Source: Somniosus microcephalus (lineage: Eukaryota). Taken from it: a stretch of 64,000 bases of DNA. Shown here one piece after another: positions 11,616-24,474 of the stretch. The stretch covers positions 101,246,001 through 101,310,000 of the forward strand of contig CM126203.1 in NCBI GenBank assembly GCA_052327205.1. The letters are read 5' to 3'. How positions within the stretch are numbered: position 1 is the first letter of the stretch; each line of letters opens with the position of its first letter. The translations under genes were made by a program, and so were the position numbers. The notes below the pieces were generated by a model. It did no database searches. It was given only the letters and a program-made list of their open reading frames with translations, and had not been told where the DNA came from.

Positions 11616-12444
11616 GGCCTCCAGCTCCACAAGGTGGGGAGACCTTCCCTGGAAGACAACTGAGTTCCTTCATACTTGAAATGGATCACTTCATTTCTAA
11701 GTGTTCCTAAATACTATTTAAAACTGAATTAATTTGTTCTTTTCCTTAGTTCCCTGTATTAAAGTTCAGGTTTTTAAGCACCCCATAGCTAAGAAGACAA
11801 CTGCACTGCATGATCTGGCATTAAGCCATATAGAACAGGAAGGTGGCAGCTGTTAAAATGTGAATAAAAGTAAAAGCTGAGGTAAAGATGGCCAAATTAA
11901 CAGCAGTTTGAAAGATTAGGCCCCGCCCACACACGCCATGAAACGGCCCGTGATGCAGCGCGCTCCCCCTGTAGGATTTGTCAACCTTCACGTCACTCAA
12001 TGCTAATGAGCAGATTTCCCCCGTATGATTGGCCAACCGCTAATGAGCGGAATTTTGAACGTTTTTTGTCTACTGTCCGAACAATTTTTGTCTGACCAAA
12101 AAGTAAATACGCCTAGGACACCCTCCTAATCATAACATTTCTTTTGATATAACTACGTGTAGGTACGCTCTATAACTTTTGAGTGATGCCCAGACAGACA
12201 GACAGACACCACTATCCTTATGAAGATTTTTAAAATGAACAACCAGCAAGTCTCATGTAATATGTCTCTTCCATCTTAATCTGACCCAGAATAAGGAAGC
12301 AGTCATTTTATGTATTTTATATTTTGAAGATTCTTCTGGGCAATAGATTTCCCACCAGGACTTTTTTTTGTAGATTAGAAACAAATTATTAGATAGAAAT
12401 TATAATTTTACAACAAGCAAGTCTCAGTGAAGTATTTCTAAATG

Positions 12445-13243
12445 TTTAAGACTCCTGTATGTATCTTTATTTTATGAAATAAATATACACAGATTATATA
12501 CATACACACACACTTAACTCAAATCAGCTTCTTTAATTCAGTGGTAAATTACTAAAAAGCTGCTTTTGTAGGTCAACGATTGTAAGTGTTATTTTACCTC
12601 ATGCATGGTGAGAAGATAGTTAAGAATACTCTGCAGTTCATCTTCCTTAATGCCATGATCCTAAAAATGTAAAAATTGATATTTCATAAAATATTAACTG
12701 CATCAGAAACAAATTCGCTCAATCACATTACAGCTGCTAACTTGCTGGATATTTGTCAAATGTGTCAATGGTATGTGTTTTTTTTTTTAAATATTGTGTG
12801 CAATAGTTTGGTTAGTATGCAGCAAGGATCAATTATTCCAAATCTCTTGCCATTTAGTGTTATATCAATTTCACTTACTGGCCATCCAGCCCCTGCTTGT
12901 CAATCAAATTATTTTGCTTAAGAGCTGTGAAAATATCCGAGAGCAACTTTATAAACGTGAAGACAAATGTCTTGATTATATATAAAAGAACCAAAGAGGC
13001 AATACATGAGGAGTGTGTCAGAAGGCTGCAACACATCAAAGAGGTTCATATAAGATCAAAATATGAAAGTAAATCTAAAGTTATAACTGTCAACCTAAAT
13101 TCAAGACATTAGTCTTTAAGACTCCTGTATGTATTTTTATTTTCTGAATTATACACAGATTATATACATATACACACACTTAACTCAGCTTCTTCAATTC
13201 AGTGGTAAATTACTAAAAAGCTGCTTTTGTAGATCAATCATTG
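12445..13243 (+). repeat. ~135-bp direct duplication (12445-12582 and 13115-13243) flanking an LRBA exon
   Basis: Shared TTTAAGACTCCTGTATGTAT...ATACACAGATTATATACATA...AATTCAGTGGTAAATTACTAAAAAGCTGCTTTTGTAG. Confidence 0.9.
12598..12660 (-). CDS. LRBA: LRBA coding exon (63 nt, phase 0-0)
   Basis: DHGIKEDELQSILNYLLTMHE; TTTTAG| acceptor, GAG|GTAAAA donor. Confidence 0.95.
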
Positions 13244-13524
13244 GAAACAGTTACACAAGGACACAGCAGCAGCCGAAAGCTTTTTTCTATGATGACTATT
13301 TCAGTTCTCCAATATTCTTGAGTATTTTGGAAATTGAGAAAATGTAGGCCAACAAACCAACAGAATAACCATGACACATGCACCTTTTCAATGCAAGCCT
13401 TTAACAGAAACAAGGCCCAAACATTTACTGGGGCTTTGATATTGAAATAAGAGCTGAGGACTTTCACTGTTTTCCCTCCTGTAGTTTCTCCATGCTATGC
13501 ACCTTAGCTTTCAGTTGACTGACA

Positions 13525-14220
13525 GCCAGGACCATAATGCCTTTTGAAAGTCCATATATACATCAACTGCAATATCTTCAGTTGTCCTCTTCAGTGAAAT
13601 CTGAGACAAACTATCTATTCAGTAGCCATGCCATTTCAGTATCATGAGAGTTTATTTTGCTCATCCCTTAGTGGGCTTATCCCTATCTTAATTCTCCTTG
13701 TATTACTATGTACCTAAAGAATACTTAACTATTCTATGTATTTTTATATTCTTTGATACTTTCATTTCATAGTTCCTCTTTGCCTTCCTCATTGTCTTTT
13801 AACCTCTTTCCTAAGCATCATATTCCCTTACGTCATCCTCTCCTTTATTGTTTATGTACTGTGCATATGCCTTTTCCTTTAGATTTAATCTCCTCACCTC
13901 TTCACTTATCCATGGTGTCTCATTCTTGGCTAGCCTGTTATTTTTATGGGGAGTATTTGCGCAACTCTTTTGATCTCGCTTTTAAATATATTGCCCACTC
14001 TTGTTCTTTGCCTGTCAATATTTTTCTCAAATTTAACTTCCTTAGCTCCATCCTCATTCCCTCAGTTAGCTTTTTTTTCCCCACGCTATTACTTTGGTCT
14101 TTGTACTTTATATCTCTCTCAATTATTATCTTGAACCTTATTATTGTAATCACTATTCCTTACATGTTCTCCCACTTGTACTTTTCTCATCTGCCTGGGT
14201 TAATGTTCCATTACAAGGTC
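13525..14220 (-). mobile_element. Old degenerate CR1 fragment
   Basis: VDVYMDFQKA remnant near 13540-13570; K/R-rich ORF2 linker remnants. Confidence 0.55.
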
Positions 14221-14601
14221 TAGCTGTGCTTCTTACATACAGTCCAGAGGAATATTTTCATAACACATGTCCATTAATCATGTTATCACTACTTCCTTAC
14301 TCAAAATAAAAAAGGGTAATTACAATATTTCAGAAAATATCCTCCATATACAGAGACCTTCAACTCCCCTACACCCCCCACCCTCAGAGAAATGGAAAAT
14401 AGTTGTCAAAGAATGCTCTGGCATGATAGCACAAGCAAAATATCCCAATTCATTCCTGGGGATTCAAAGCAAAAACATAGGCTCGACAAAAAATATAGCT
14501 TGCAAGAATAACTATAGGGCAAATAAGTCTGCATACAGCACCATACTATTCATGGCAAGGATATAATTACATTATTACAGTTCTAAATTTTGGATTCTCA
14601 C

Positions 14602-14681
14602 CTTCATTATCAACTGTTTCACAAACAGCAGCAAAAAAGCCCGCAAGGAGAGAATCTCCTTCTGGCTCGGTCTGGGGCCAT
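14602..14681 (-). CDS. LRBA: LRBA coding exon (80 nt)
   Basis: (D)GPRPSQKEILSLRAFLLLFVKQLIMK; CCCAG| acceptor, AAG|GTGAGA donor. Confidence 0.96.
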
Positions 14682-15906
14682 CTGGGAAGGAAAAAAGCAA
14701 CATCTTTAAGTTGGCATGCAAGCAATTTCAAAAAATTATCAATGCTGAAGTTGTCTCCCCTTCGGAGAGGAAAAAACATCAGATGGTTTAGTTCCAGAAC
14801 TCACTCAATGGATTTTTGACTTGTGCATAAAAACGTAATCAGAGACAGATGAGGGATCAAGATACATTTTTAAAAAGTATTCATAATTAACTGTGATTTG
14901 TGGGCTAACAGAGTGCAAAGGTCTGGAGCGTGGCTCATCTTTGTGCAGAATTCTGCTGTTGTGTATGTGATTATACTTGTTGAAATTGTTGTAAATAAAC
15001 TTAGTAATTCAATTTGGAGCACATAATTAACTCGAATATATGTTGGCATCTCCACCTTCAAGAGTGCAGTTTACACTGGTGAACTAGGATCTGTGCAAGT
15101 CTCAATGTGTGTGTGTGTTGGGGCAGAAATTGGAAAGGCAGAAACTTCTGTGGCATCGAGGACAGAAGGAGTGTAGTGAACCCAGTGAAAGCAAGAATGG
15201 CTATTTAAAAGTACAGTAAACTCTTTACCAGAAATAAAGATATTTTTCAGCTGTGAACATGGTTCAATTGGTCTCCCAGACACTTCTACACTCAGTGTTG
15301 ACAGGCAACTGACAAACCACAAGATTTACATGCTAGGTCTGTGCTGCGCCTCAATTTCTTTGGAGTTGCATTGTACCAGAAGGATCTCATACTTGGGCTG
15401 GTTTTGGGCAGCCACACTCTTTAGGGATGCGGGCATCCCACTCAACAAGTCAGATGCTCAGTGTGGATTAAAAGCAGCTAGAACTACCCTGCCCACAAAC
15501 CCCCATAGTTTATTTTTGAATGTTCTGCATTATACAAGTTTCTTTGCTGGTTACTCATATTAAATTTATTTGAGATGAAAAGATTTTTTTCTGACAGCCA
15601 AGGTCATCAGTTATTCATCTATTATATACAAGGCCCAGGCAGTCACTTGGACTGACATTCAAAACAGTAACTGGCTGCTGCAGGCTACCTTTGACAATTT
15701 TTGTAGTGCTCGTCATAAAAAACATACTTGTGCTTTATGGAATGGCGCCCATTGATGGAGACATTGCTTCACAGGAGGCTGCTAAACTGGTCAGTCAGGG
15801 TAGTAAGGTTTTACAGGGTATTTCTAACACTTGGAGCAGAATGGTGACTATTGTATTCCAGAACTCCTTCAATGCAGTCTGTACGAGTCGAGAGAGAAAA
15901 TATATT

Positions 15907-16500
15907 GGTCCAGATATTCCGATCACAGGCCTCCCGCAGGCGGAGGACTGCAATCTGGAAAAATCTGCGCCCTTACCCGAGGGCTCCCGTGAGGCACACA
16001 GTTCCGCTGCTGGGCCTCTCCAAATTGTCGGTGCGCAGGGCCCACATATCCCAGAGGCGCAGGTAGTTTGCAGCATCCCTGGGATCACGTGGGCCATGGG
16101 GAGCCAATCAAAGAAGGGAATCTCCCTTCATACATTTGACAGGAAGACCTGTCAAATATATGAATGGAGATCACCCCCAAAACATAGTAAAACTTTAAAT
16201 CATTTTTTTTTAAACACCATCACATTTTTTAAATGACTTGAAAGTACAGTAAATTAACTATTTTAAACAAAACTTTAAACTTTTCAAAAAAATAATTAAA
16301 GTTTTTTTACAGGGCTAAAAAATAAATTTACCTTTTTCAAAAGTATTTTTAATTAAATGATAAATCAGTGGGGAAATTTTTTTTTTTTTTTTTACTTTTT
16401 TCAAACTCTTATCCTGGTAAAAGCAGGCCTTATTTTGAAATAAAATTGCTGGAGAGGTTCTATCATGGCAGATTTTTTGCGACATCCACATCCCAGGGAC
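15907..16500. mobile_element. Non-autonomous DNA element (Harbinger-like terminus), truncated by a CR1
   Basis: Starts GGTCCAGATATTCCG, resembling the other Harbinger-type termini; CpG-rich head followed by an AT-rich body. Confidence 0.5.
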
Positions 16501-16512
16501 GAATTAAAAAAA

Positions 16513-18137
16513 ACAAGGGAAGGCCATTCAGCCCCTCAAGTTGTTCCGCTATTCATTTAGATCGTGGATGATCTGTACCTAAATTCCATTTATCCGCCTT
16601 TGTTCCATATACCTCAATACCCTTGCGTAACAAAAAACTGCCAATCTCAGTCTTGAACATTTCAATTGACCCAGCATCCAGTGTCTTTTGGAGGAGCGAG
16701 TTCCAGATTTCCACTACTGTGAAAAAGTGCTTCCTGATTTCACTCCCAAATAAACGAGCTCTAATTTTAAGATGATTCCCCCTTGTTCTGGATTCCCTCA
16801 CCAGAGGAAATAGTTTATCTGCATCTACCCTATCAATTCCCTTATTCCTTCGTGCAAGTCACTGATATATATGATGAATAGTTGAGGCCCCAGTACAAAT
16901 CATTGGGGGGGGGAACATCATTTGTCACATCCTGCCAATCAGAGCGAACCTTTTATCTCTACTCTCTGCCTCCTACCTCCCAATCAATTACCAACCCATA
17001 TCCATGCGCTCTAATTTTAGCTAATATCACTAGTGCAGAACCATACAAAATGCTTTCTGGAAGTCCATATCGACAACATCCATGGACACACCCCTATCCC
17101 ACTGTGCTAGTGACCTCCTCAAAAAATTCAATTAGATTAGTCAGACATAACCTACCCTTCAAAAATCCATGCTGTCTTTGATCAACTGATACTTGTCCAA
17201 GTGCTCAGTCTCTCATGATTGATTCCAGTAACTTTCCCACAATAGATGTTAAACTGACAGGTCTGTAGTTACCTGGTTTCTCTCTCTCTCCCCCCCTTCT
17301 TAAATAACAGAGTGGCATTTACAATTTTCAAATCTAAAGGCACAATTCCGGAATCTAGAGAGCTTTGAAAAATTATGACTAATGCATGTGTAATTTCCTA
17401 ACCTATTTCTTTTAATACCCTAGGGTGGAAACCATCACTTTCGCCATTATCATTTTTATTTATATTAAATCCACTAAGTTCCTCAATTTGATTTATTTTA
17501 AGTTCCCTTGTACCGCTAGTATTTTGTCCTCTTCCTCCACTGTGAAAACGCATGCAATGTATTAATTTAATAAGTCTACCATTTTTTTTTTTATTGTCCA
17601 TTGTAGTCTCGCCTGCATGTCTTTAATGGGCCCGCATTGCCCTTTACCACTCTCTTTCTCTTAATATATTTCTTAAAATATTTGCTGTTAGCTTTGAGAT
17701 GCGATCCCTTGCAAGTTTTTTTTTTTTTAATATTCCCTTTCTGCACCTCATTACTTTGTGTATCCCTTTGTTGCTTTTTATAGCGCTGGATTTCAACTTT
17801 TCCTTGCATTTGTGCAAGCTTTTTCTTTTAGCTTGATACTGTCTCTTACCTCATTTGTTGACCATGGTTGCTTAACTACACGATGGAGCATGCGCCATTT
17901 CGGGGTATGTACTGGTTTTGTATCGTACCAAATACTACTTTGAATGCTTCCCATTGTTTGTCTGTAGGTTTACCCATTAACAGTTCAGCCCAGTTTACTG
18001 TGGTCAATTCATTTCTCATCCCTTTGAAGTTTGCCTTACTTAAATTTAAAACCTTGATTTGTGACTCTCCCTTCTCTCTAGCAAACCCAATATCTAATTC
18101 AATCATATTATGGTAACTATTTATAAGATGCTCCCTT
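16513..18137 (-). mobile_element. CR1 LINE fragment with internal deletions, including the 3' end
   Basis: ESRTRGNHLKI...EIRKHFF..VVEIWNSL, FHPRVLKEI and KVLNLSKANFKGMR ORF2 remnants. Confidence 0.85.
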
Positions 18138-18640
18138 GCTGAAGCTGCTGCTTGGGCAGTTTCATGTTCAGCAGTGAGCTGGATCGAACCCTTAGGCCAG
18201 CAGTTAAGATATCCCTGCACTATACTACAAATTTCAACACCAAATTCAAATGGCTTTCACACTAAAAAGATCTTCTGTACTCCCTTCTTCAATAGAGTTG
18301 TTAATTCAAAATTCAAATAGATCCCTACCAAATTCATCAGAGTTTTTGCAAAAGCAATAGGTTTCAACATTATGGAATTTTTTCTTTTAAACAGTTCTTT
18401 GCCACAGCTCCCAAACAAGTTTGTTTCTCTTTGTGGTGCTATGAACTTCTGGTTGAACCTGCTCTGAACTGACTTCACATGTCAGTACATTCAGTGGTGC
18501 CAAATCAGATAGAAATGGATGCATCAGATGCCCCCCTCCTTATTACACTATTCATGAGTTACAACTGGAATAAGCAGAATGAAATAAACAGCCACAATGT
18601 AGAATTTTTATTTCATGAATTATTGCAGGTTTTTCCTTAC

Positions 18641-18809
18641 CCAGGCCTTTGGGAACAACTCCACTACGATCTTGTGGATTCACTACCCAGTAATAATATT
18701 TCAGGGTGTGCATTATCTGTAACACAGTACCAACTCTTCGAACTGCATTATAAATAGTAGCTGTACTGATAAACTCAGTGGACAAGTAGGTGTAGAGCTG
18801 TAACTGGAC
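18641..18809 (-). CDS. LRBA: LRBA coding exon (169 nt)
   Basis: [56 protein letters not shown]; ATCCAG| acceptor, G|GTAAGG donor. Confidence 0.96.
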
Positions 18810-19289
18810 CTGGATTGAAGTAAATGGGGGAGAAAAAACCATCAGATTTATACCCATATCCAACAACTTAACATTCTATAATCAAGAACTGAATTGAGGA
18901 GTGTTAACCTTCCCTGCATTGTAAAATCCTTTCAGTTAATCTTTGTGAGCTGAAACATCCATAAAGAGCTTCTGAAGACAGATGGAGCGCAGTCCAGTTC
19001 AGAGAAAAATGACGGCCCAAAGAATACTGAAATGCACAGTTTTCATTTGAGAAGTATTTTTGGTCCGTTTTATGAAGCTTAAGAACGAAATGTTATCACT
19101 ACAATGTTTGGATGAGGAACTTCTCCACTGGAATCAGTTACTCACATTGGAGGCTATTCTTGTGAAATCTGTGAACTGCTTAATTCCAAGTATTCACTGT
19201 CCTCTAATATTTTGATTCTTGGCACTTTGATTCTGCAATTAGATCTTTTAAGACCTCAATAGGAATATTTAGCTAAGGTACCTTAATGG

Positions 19290-19710
19290 CTCATCGTTAG
19301 AATGGAGTAAATCAGACAGCAACTTCCGGAGTACGCACATGCCCATTTAAACTCGGAAATTCAGAACTTGCCGTCAGAGATACCCTGCTCTCCACAGATA
19401 GACTCGGCACTGAAATCAAAGCAATGATGTGAACTTGGGGTCCCTTGCTCACAAGTTACCCACTAAAGACACCAGAAAAAGTTAGGATTGGTGCATTCAG
19501 GAGTTAGTGAATTTTTAACCGCGTGATAAGTGACAATTATTGCCAACGTCGTCTCTGGCCCATAAAATTTAATTTTAAAAGTGTAGAGCCTCATTCCTTC
19601 AGAGGTTAATTGGTGTCGGATTTTTTTTTTTTTAATAAAGTAAAGTACTTTTTTTTTTACTTTTTCTGTCTGTCACTTTTATCTCTGTCAGTCACTTTTA
19701 TCTCTGTCAA
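19290..19710 (+). mobile_element. Truncated MITE, same family as 59678-60436
   Basis: TGGAGTAAATC.GACAG.AACTTC.GG...GCCCATTTAAAC.CGGAAAT.CAGAA is shared with 59750-60100. Confidence 0.75.
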
Positions 19711-19711
19711 T

Positions 19712-21015
19712 CCCCTTCAGAATCTTGTATGTTTCAATGAGATCACCTCTCATTCTTCTAAACTCCAGAGATTATAGGCCCATTCTACACAATCTCTCCC
19801 AGGAATCAATCTAGTGAACTTTTGGTGCACCGCATGCAAGGCAAGTATATCCTTCCTTAGATAAGGAGACCAAAACTGTGCACTTGTAGCAAGACTTCCT
19901 TACTCTTATACTCCAACCCCCTTGCAATAAAGGCCAACATGACATGTACCTTCCTTATTGCTTGCTGTACCTGCATGCTAACTATCTGGGTTTCTTGCAC
20001 GAGGACACCCAAATCTCTCAGAACACCAACATTTGAAAGTTTCTCACCATTTAAAAATATTCTGTTTTCCTATTCTTCCTTCCAAAGTGCATAACCTCAC
20101 ATTTCCCTACATTATACTCTATCTGCCACCTTACTGCCCACTCACTTAGTCTATCTATATCCCTTTGCAGACTCTGTTCTCCTCACAGCTTACTGTTCCA
20201 CTTAGCTTTGTATCAGCAGCAAACTTGGATACATTACACTCGGTTCCGTCATCTAGGTCATTAATATAGATTGTAAATAGCCGAGGTCCCAACACTGATC
20301 ATTGCAGCACCCCACTAGTTACAGCCTGCCAACCGGAAAAAGATTTGTTTAACCCTGCTCTGTTTTCTGTCTGTTAACCAATCCTCCATCCATGCTATAT
20401 TACCCCCAACCCCATGAGTCCTAATCTTGTGCAATAACCTTTTATGTGGCACCTTATCGAATGTCTTTTGGAAATCCAAATATACTACATCCACTGGTTC
20501 CCCTTTATCTACCCTGCCAGTTACATCCTCAAAAAATTCTAATAAATTTGTCAAACACAATTTCCCTTTCATTTAACCATGTTGACTTTGCCTAATCAGG
20601 TTATGGTTTTCTAAGTGCCCTGATACCACTTCCTTAACAATGGATTCCAGCATTTTCCCGACAACTGATGTCAGGCTAACTGGCCTGTAGTTCCCTATTT
20701 TTTCTCTCCCTCCTTTCTTGAATCATGGTATTACATTTGCAACCTTCCAATCCACTGGGACCATTCTAGAATCTAGGGAATTTTGGAAGATCAAAACCAA
20801 TGCATCCACTATCTCTTCAGCCACCTCTTTTAGAACCCTAAGACGTAGGCCGTCAGGTCATGGGGATTTGTTGGCTTTTAGTCCCATTAGTTTCTCTAGT
20901 ACTTTTTCCTCTACTTACATTAATTATATTAAGTTCCTGACCCTCATTAGACCCTTGGTTCCCCACCATTTTTGGTATGCTTTTTGTGTCTTCTACTGTG
21001 AAGACAGATACAAAA
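19712..21015 (-). mobile_element. CR1 LINE ORF2 (RT) fragment
   Basis: KGKLCLTNLLEFFEDVTGRVDKGEPVDVVYLDFQKTFDKVPHKRLL. Confidence 0.92.
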
Positions 21016-21185
21016 GTTGGAAAAAGTGTTTGCTCTTAACATATTCAAGCAAATGGCTGTGCATTGTAAATGGAACTCAGCTACACTTCACTAAATCTTT
21101 GGAGCTATATATTAGCAATATTTTTATAATTTAAATCTCTCTACATTTTAAGAAATAATTCCAAACAAAAAAAGCAAATGCTCAC

Positions 21186-21338
21186 CTTGGCTGGAGCATG
21201 GATCCATATAGCAGGATTCAGAAGAATGTGATCACATAACTGTTTGAGCAGAGGGCCACCGTTCTGCAAGCTACTCAGATATTTGGCAAAGGCCAAGCAC
21301 AGCTCCAATACAGCTCTGGTGATATGAACTTTGGAAGA
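21186..21338 (-). CDS. LRBA: LRBA coding exon (153 nt)
   Basis: SSKVHITRAVLELCLAFAKYLSSLQNGGPLLKQLCDHILLNPAIWIHAPAK; TGTAG| acceptor, AAG|GTGAGC donor. Confidence 0.96.
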
Positions 21339-23431
21339 CTACAAGAAAAGCATTGATTTAAGATATTGAACAATTATCAATATTTAAGCTATTTAAGCAT
21401 GCATATGCACTTCCACATAGAACAGATCACTTCATTCTTACTTTCAATTTATTTAATAAAAAGCAACAAGGTAGACTTCAGCACAAGGAATTTGCTACTT
21501 CCACAATATTGTTTGCCTTGAGAACACAAATAATACTGCACTTCTGTAATTACATTCATTGCACTCAATTCAAGAAGCATTAGTTACTACTCCATCTTAA
21601 AGCACTATGAATTCTTCTGCTTCTGGATTGGCATGCTTCAGAAAAAATGAGTACAAAAAGCCACGCAGGCCTGTATTTGAATCCAATTCATCTCATCTTG
21701 AAATGATTGTATTGTTTTCATTTTTCAATTATCTTTATGCCTATAAGAATCAAATGCCTTTCAAAAATGTGGGAAACAAAATTCTATAAAATCACTAAAA
21801 AAGTCTCAAAATTTAACATACAAGTTTATGTAGTAGATATTCAGTAAGGCTAGGATTTTAAATTTGGAAAAATACAGTATATCCAAAGAACAGATATTTA
21901 GAAATATAGCCAGTATAGGGCAATGTCTGATAATAGGAAAAATTACTCAATCAAAACTGCTGAATACAACTGAACAGAACTGGTCTGGTAACTGATAACA
22001 GGTAGTACTGTCCAATCTATCCAGTTGGTTCTAATTTCAACTAGCAATAAAGCAGCACAGAAGGTACAATACACTGCTAACCACACACAGTCACTGACTT
22101 AGGTGACCATTGGGAGTTTATATCCATCACCCAAGATGTTCAATATGCTTCAGTTTTCAGCCAGACCACTAGATGGAGTATCCCGCCCAAGGAAAAAGTT
22201 ATGGCTAGATTATGCCCTACTTAGCCTATAGTAAACAAACTGAGCATTTATGCCACAGCTTAAAGTTCATGTTTAAAATGGGCAGGTTCTTGAATCAAAA
22301 ATAAAACAGAAATGTACTTATTCCATCTTAGACTAGAGTGAAACAATGCATTTACAAAAGCCAGTTTACAAGATGATTCTGGAGCAAATGGATTCAGAAT
22401 GTTTATTGCAGATTATCAGATCAGTCTACCCACTCCACTGATGACATCCAAAACCTTTTATATTTTTGAAAGTCAACTGGATTCTCAATGCATATTGACT
22501 AAGTAATAGTAACAAATGTTCCCTTTTTGCAAGAGTAGGATTGCTGCACCAAAAATAAATTGTTTAACTCAGAGGACAACTGAAATAAACACATTCTACA
22601 GTTCTCTATATCCCTTTCATTCTATTTCACAATAAGCAGTAATTAAAATTGTCAGCGAATATTGACACATTAGTAGAGATCTTAATTGTTTTCTAAATTT
22701 TTACCATCGATCTGACACATTCCAAATTTGATAAAAACAAGACAGCAATAAATGCACATTAACTTCACATGAAACAAAATAATTGAACCTATTTTATGGC
22801 ACATGATGAAATCATCTTGGAAAGCCACAAAGCATATTCAATATGAATAATTTCCAACTCAACAATTTTAGAAGAGTACTTTTAATATTACTGTTCTAAA
22901 TGTTCTTATTTCTGTGGAATAGTTATACACATCACTGTGATTAAGACAGAATGCAAATAGTTTCATTTCAGTACCGTACAAGCAAAAAAAATCCACTGCA
23001 ATTTGAAGCAATTGTATTTTTCCCCTCCCAACTGAACAGTATATTTGTGTCTTTACGAATTAAAGGTATGCGTGCAATGTCATTGGGAAGGGCTGTCGCC
23101 GTTTCAAATTTTGTTAGCATGCAATTTTGTTTACATTTCAGCAAATGTTCACATTTTAAATTCTAATAGAAATGTCAAATACTATACAGAAACAGCACCA
23201 ATTCATGGCTTAGTAACTCTACAAGTATGGGCATCGAGTAATTTCAGATTCTGGTCCTATACCACCAGTATTTTTAGCACAGCATTGTTTAATAATTTTC
23301 TATACCACCTAATTGTACTGTAGCAGCAGTGAAAATCCTCACCATTAAGGCCTTAATTTTTATTGTTTAGGTAAAATTAATGATTTGCATTCTATGCACC
23401 CTTTGTTTAGGGAAAGTTTATGATGTGGACC

Positions 23432-23850
23432 CTGGTCAGTAGGTTGTGGGTTCAAGCCCCACTCCAGGGACTTCAGCAGGAAATCTAGGCCAACACCTGA
23501 GTGAACTACTGAAGGAGTCCTGCATTATTGGATGTGCTGTATTTCAGAAAAGACACACAACTGGGTTAGTATTTGCCCTCTCAGGTGAACGTAAAAGATC
23601 CCATGGCACTATTCCACGATGATCAGAGTGTTCATCTGGTTCTTGGCTATCGTCTACCCCTCAATCAACACCAGTAAAACAAATGATCTGGTCATTTATC
23701 TCATTGCTGTTTGTGGAACATCGCTGTGCGCAAATTGGCTGCAGTTTGCCTGCATTACAACAGTGATTACATTTTTAAAGTATTTCATCGACTGAAGCAC
23801 TTTGGGATGTCTTAAGAATGTGAATGGCGCTACACAAATGCAAGTTCTTT
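23432..23850 (+). mobile_element. DeuSINE (SacSINE1/AmnSINE1-type), near full length
   Basis: B box GGGTTCAAGCCCC; Deu-domain-like motifs GTAAAAGATCCCATGGCACTA and CTCATTGCTGTTTGTGG..CGCTGTGCGCAAATTGGCTG; L2-like tail GGCGCTACACAAATGCAAG (match from recall). Confidence 0.8.
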
Positions 23851-24365
23851 CTTATTTACATAGGCAAAAGAGTGTCAAATAAGTTAATCATTTAGCTCTA
23901 TTGGTCATTATAAATAGTATAAGTCCAGAGAGCTAAATTTTTTTAAGCTGCAGATTTAGTTTGACACTTTTTTTTACTCCACAAATCTGAAGAGACACCT
24001 AACCAGCAAATGTTTGCAAATCTGCTGTTCTGCCAATAAAAAAAACGAACAAGAGTACTTGGAGCATGTATATTGGTCATTGATTTTGCCCTTTTAATGA
24101 AGTCACCCTGCACTCTAAATGGAGGTGTTCTGCAGAACTCTAAACGTAGAGATAGTTAAGAAAAAATGGACCTTAGTGTAATCAGAATTTTACCATGAAC
24201 TTATTTTACCTAAAATGTTTCAGCTGGTATTTAATTAGACAAAGTACTTACTAGTGTGTTCCTTAAAACCCTGAATTTTAAGTTTTAGGTTTAATGCCAT
24301 TAAACTGGTTGCTAAGCCTAGTTTAAAACAGTACACACCATAGCTATTATTGTTACAATATTTAC

Positions 24366-24474
24366 CTTTTCAAGGCTAAACCCAATGACAAGAAAGCCCT
24401 TACAAGAGAGTATTTGCTCTTGCATAGCCACCGAGTTCTTCAGTAACTCCATTATAAATGCCAACAATGTGGAA
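24366..24474 (-). CDS. LRBA: LRBA coding exon (109 nt)
   Basis: (C)STLLAFIMELLKNSVAMQEQILSCKGFLVIGFSLEK; TTTTAG| acceptor, AAG|GTAAAT donor. Confidence 0.96.

Noticed and set aside
9715-11710. Six long ORFs (478-652 aa) rich in Pro, Gly and Arg
   Set aside because: The minisatellite unit has no stop codon in any frame, so all six frames are open; one ORF also runs through the N gap. Not genes.
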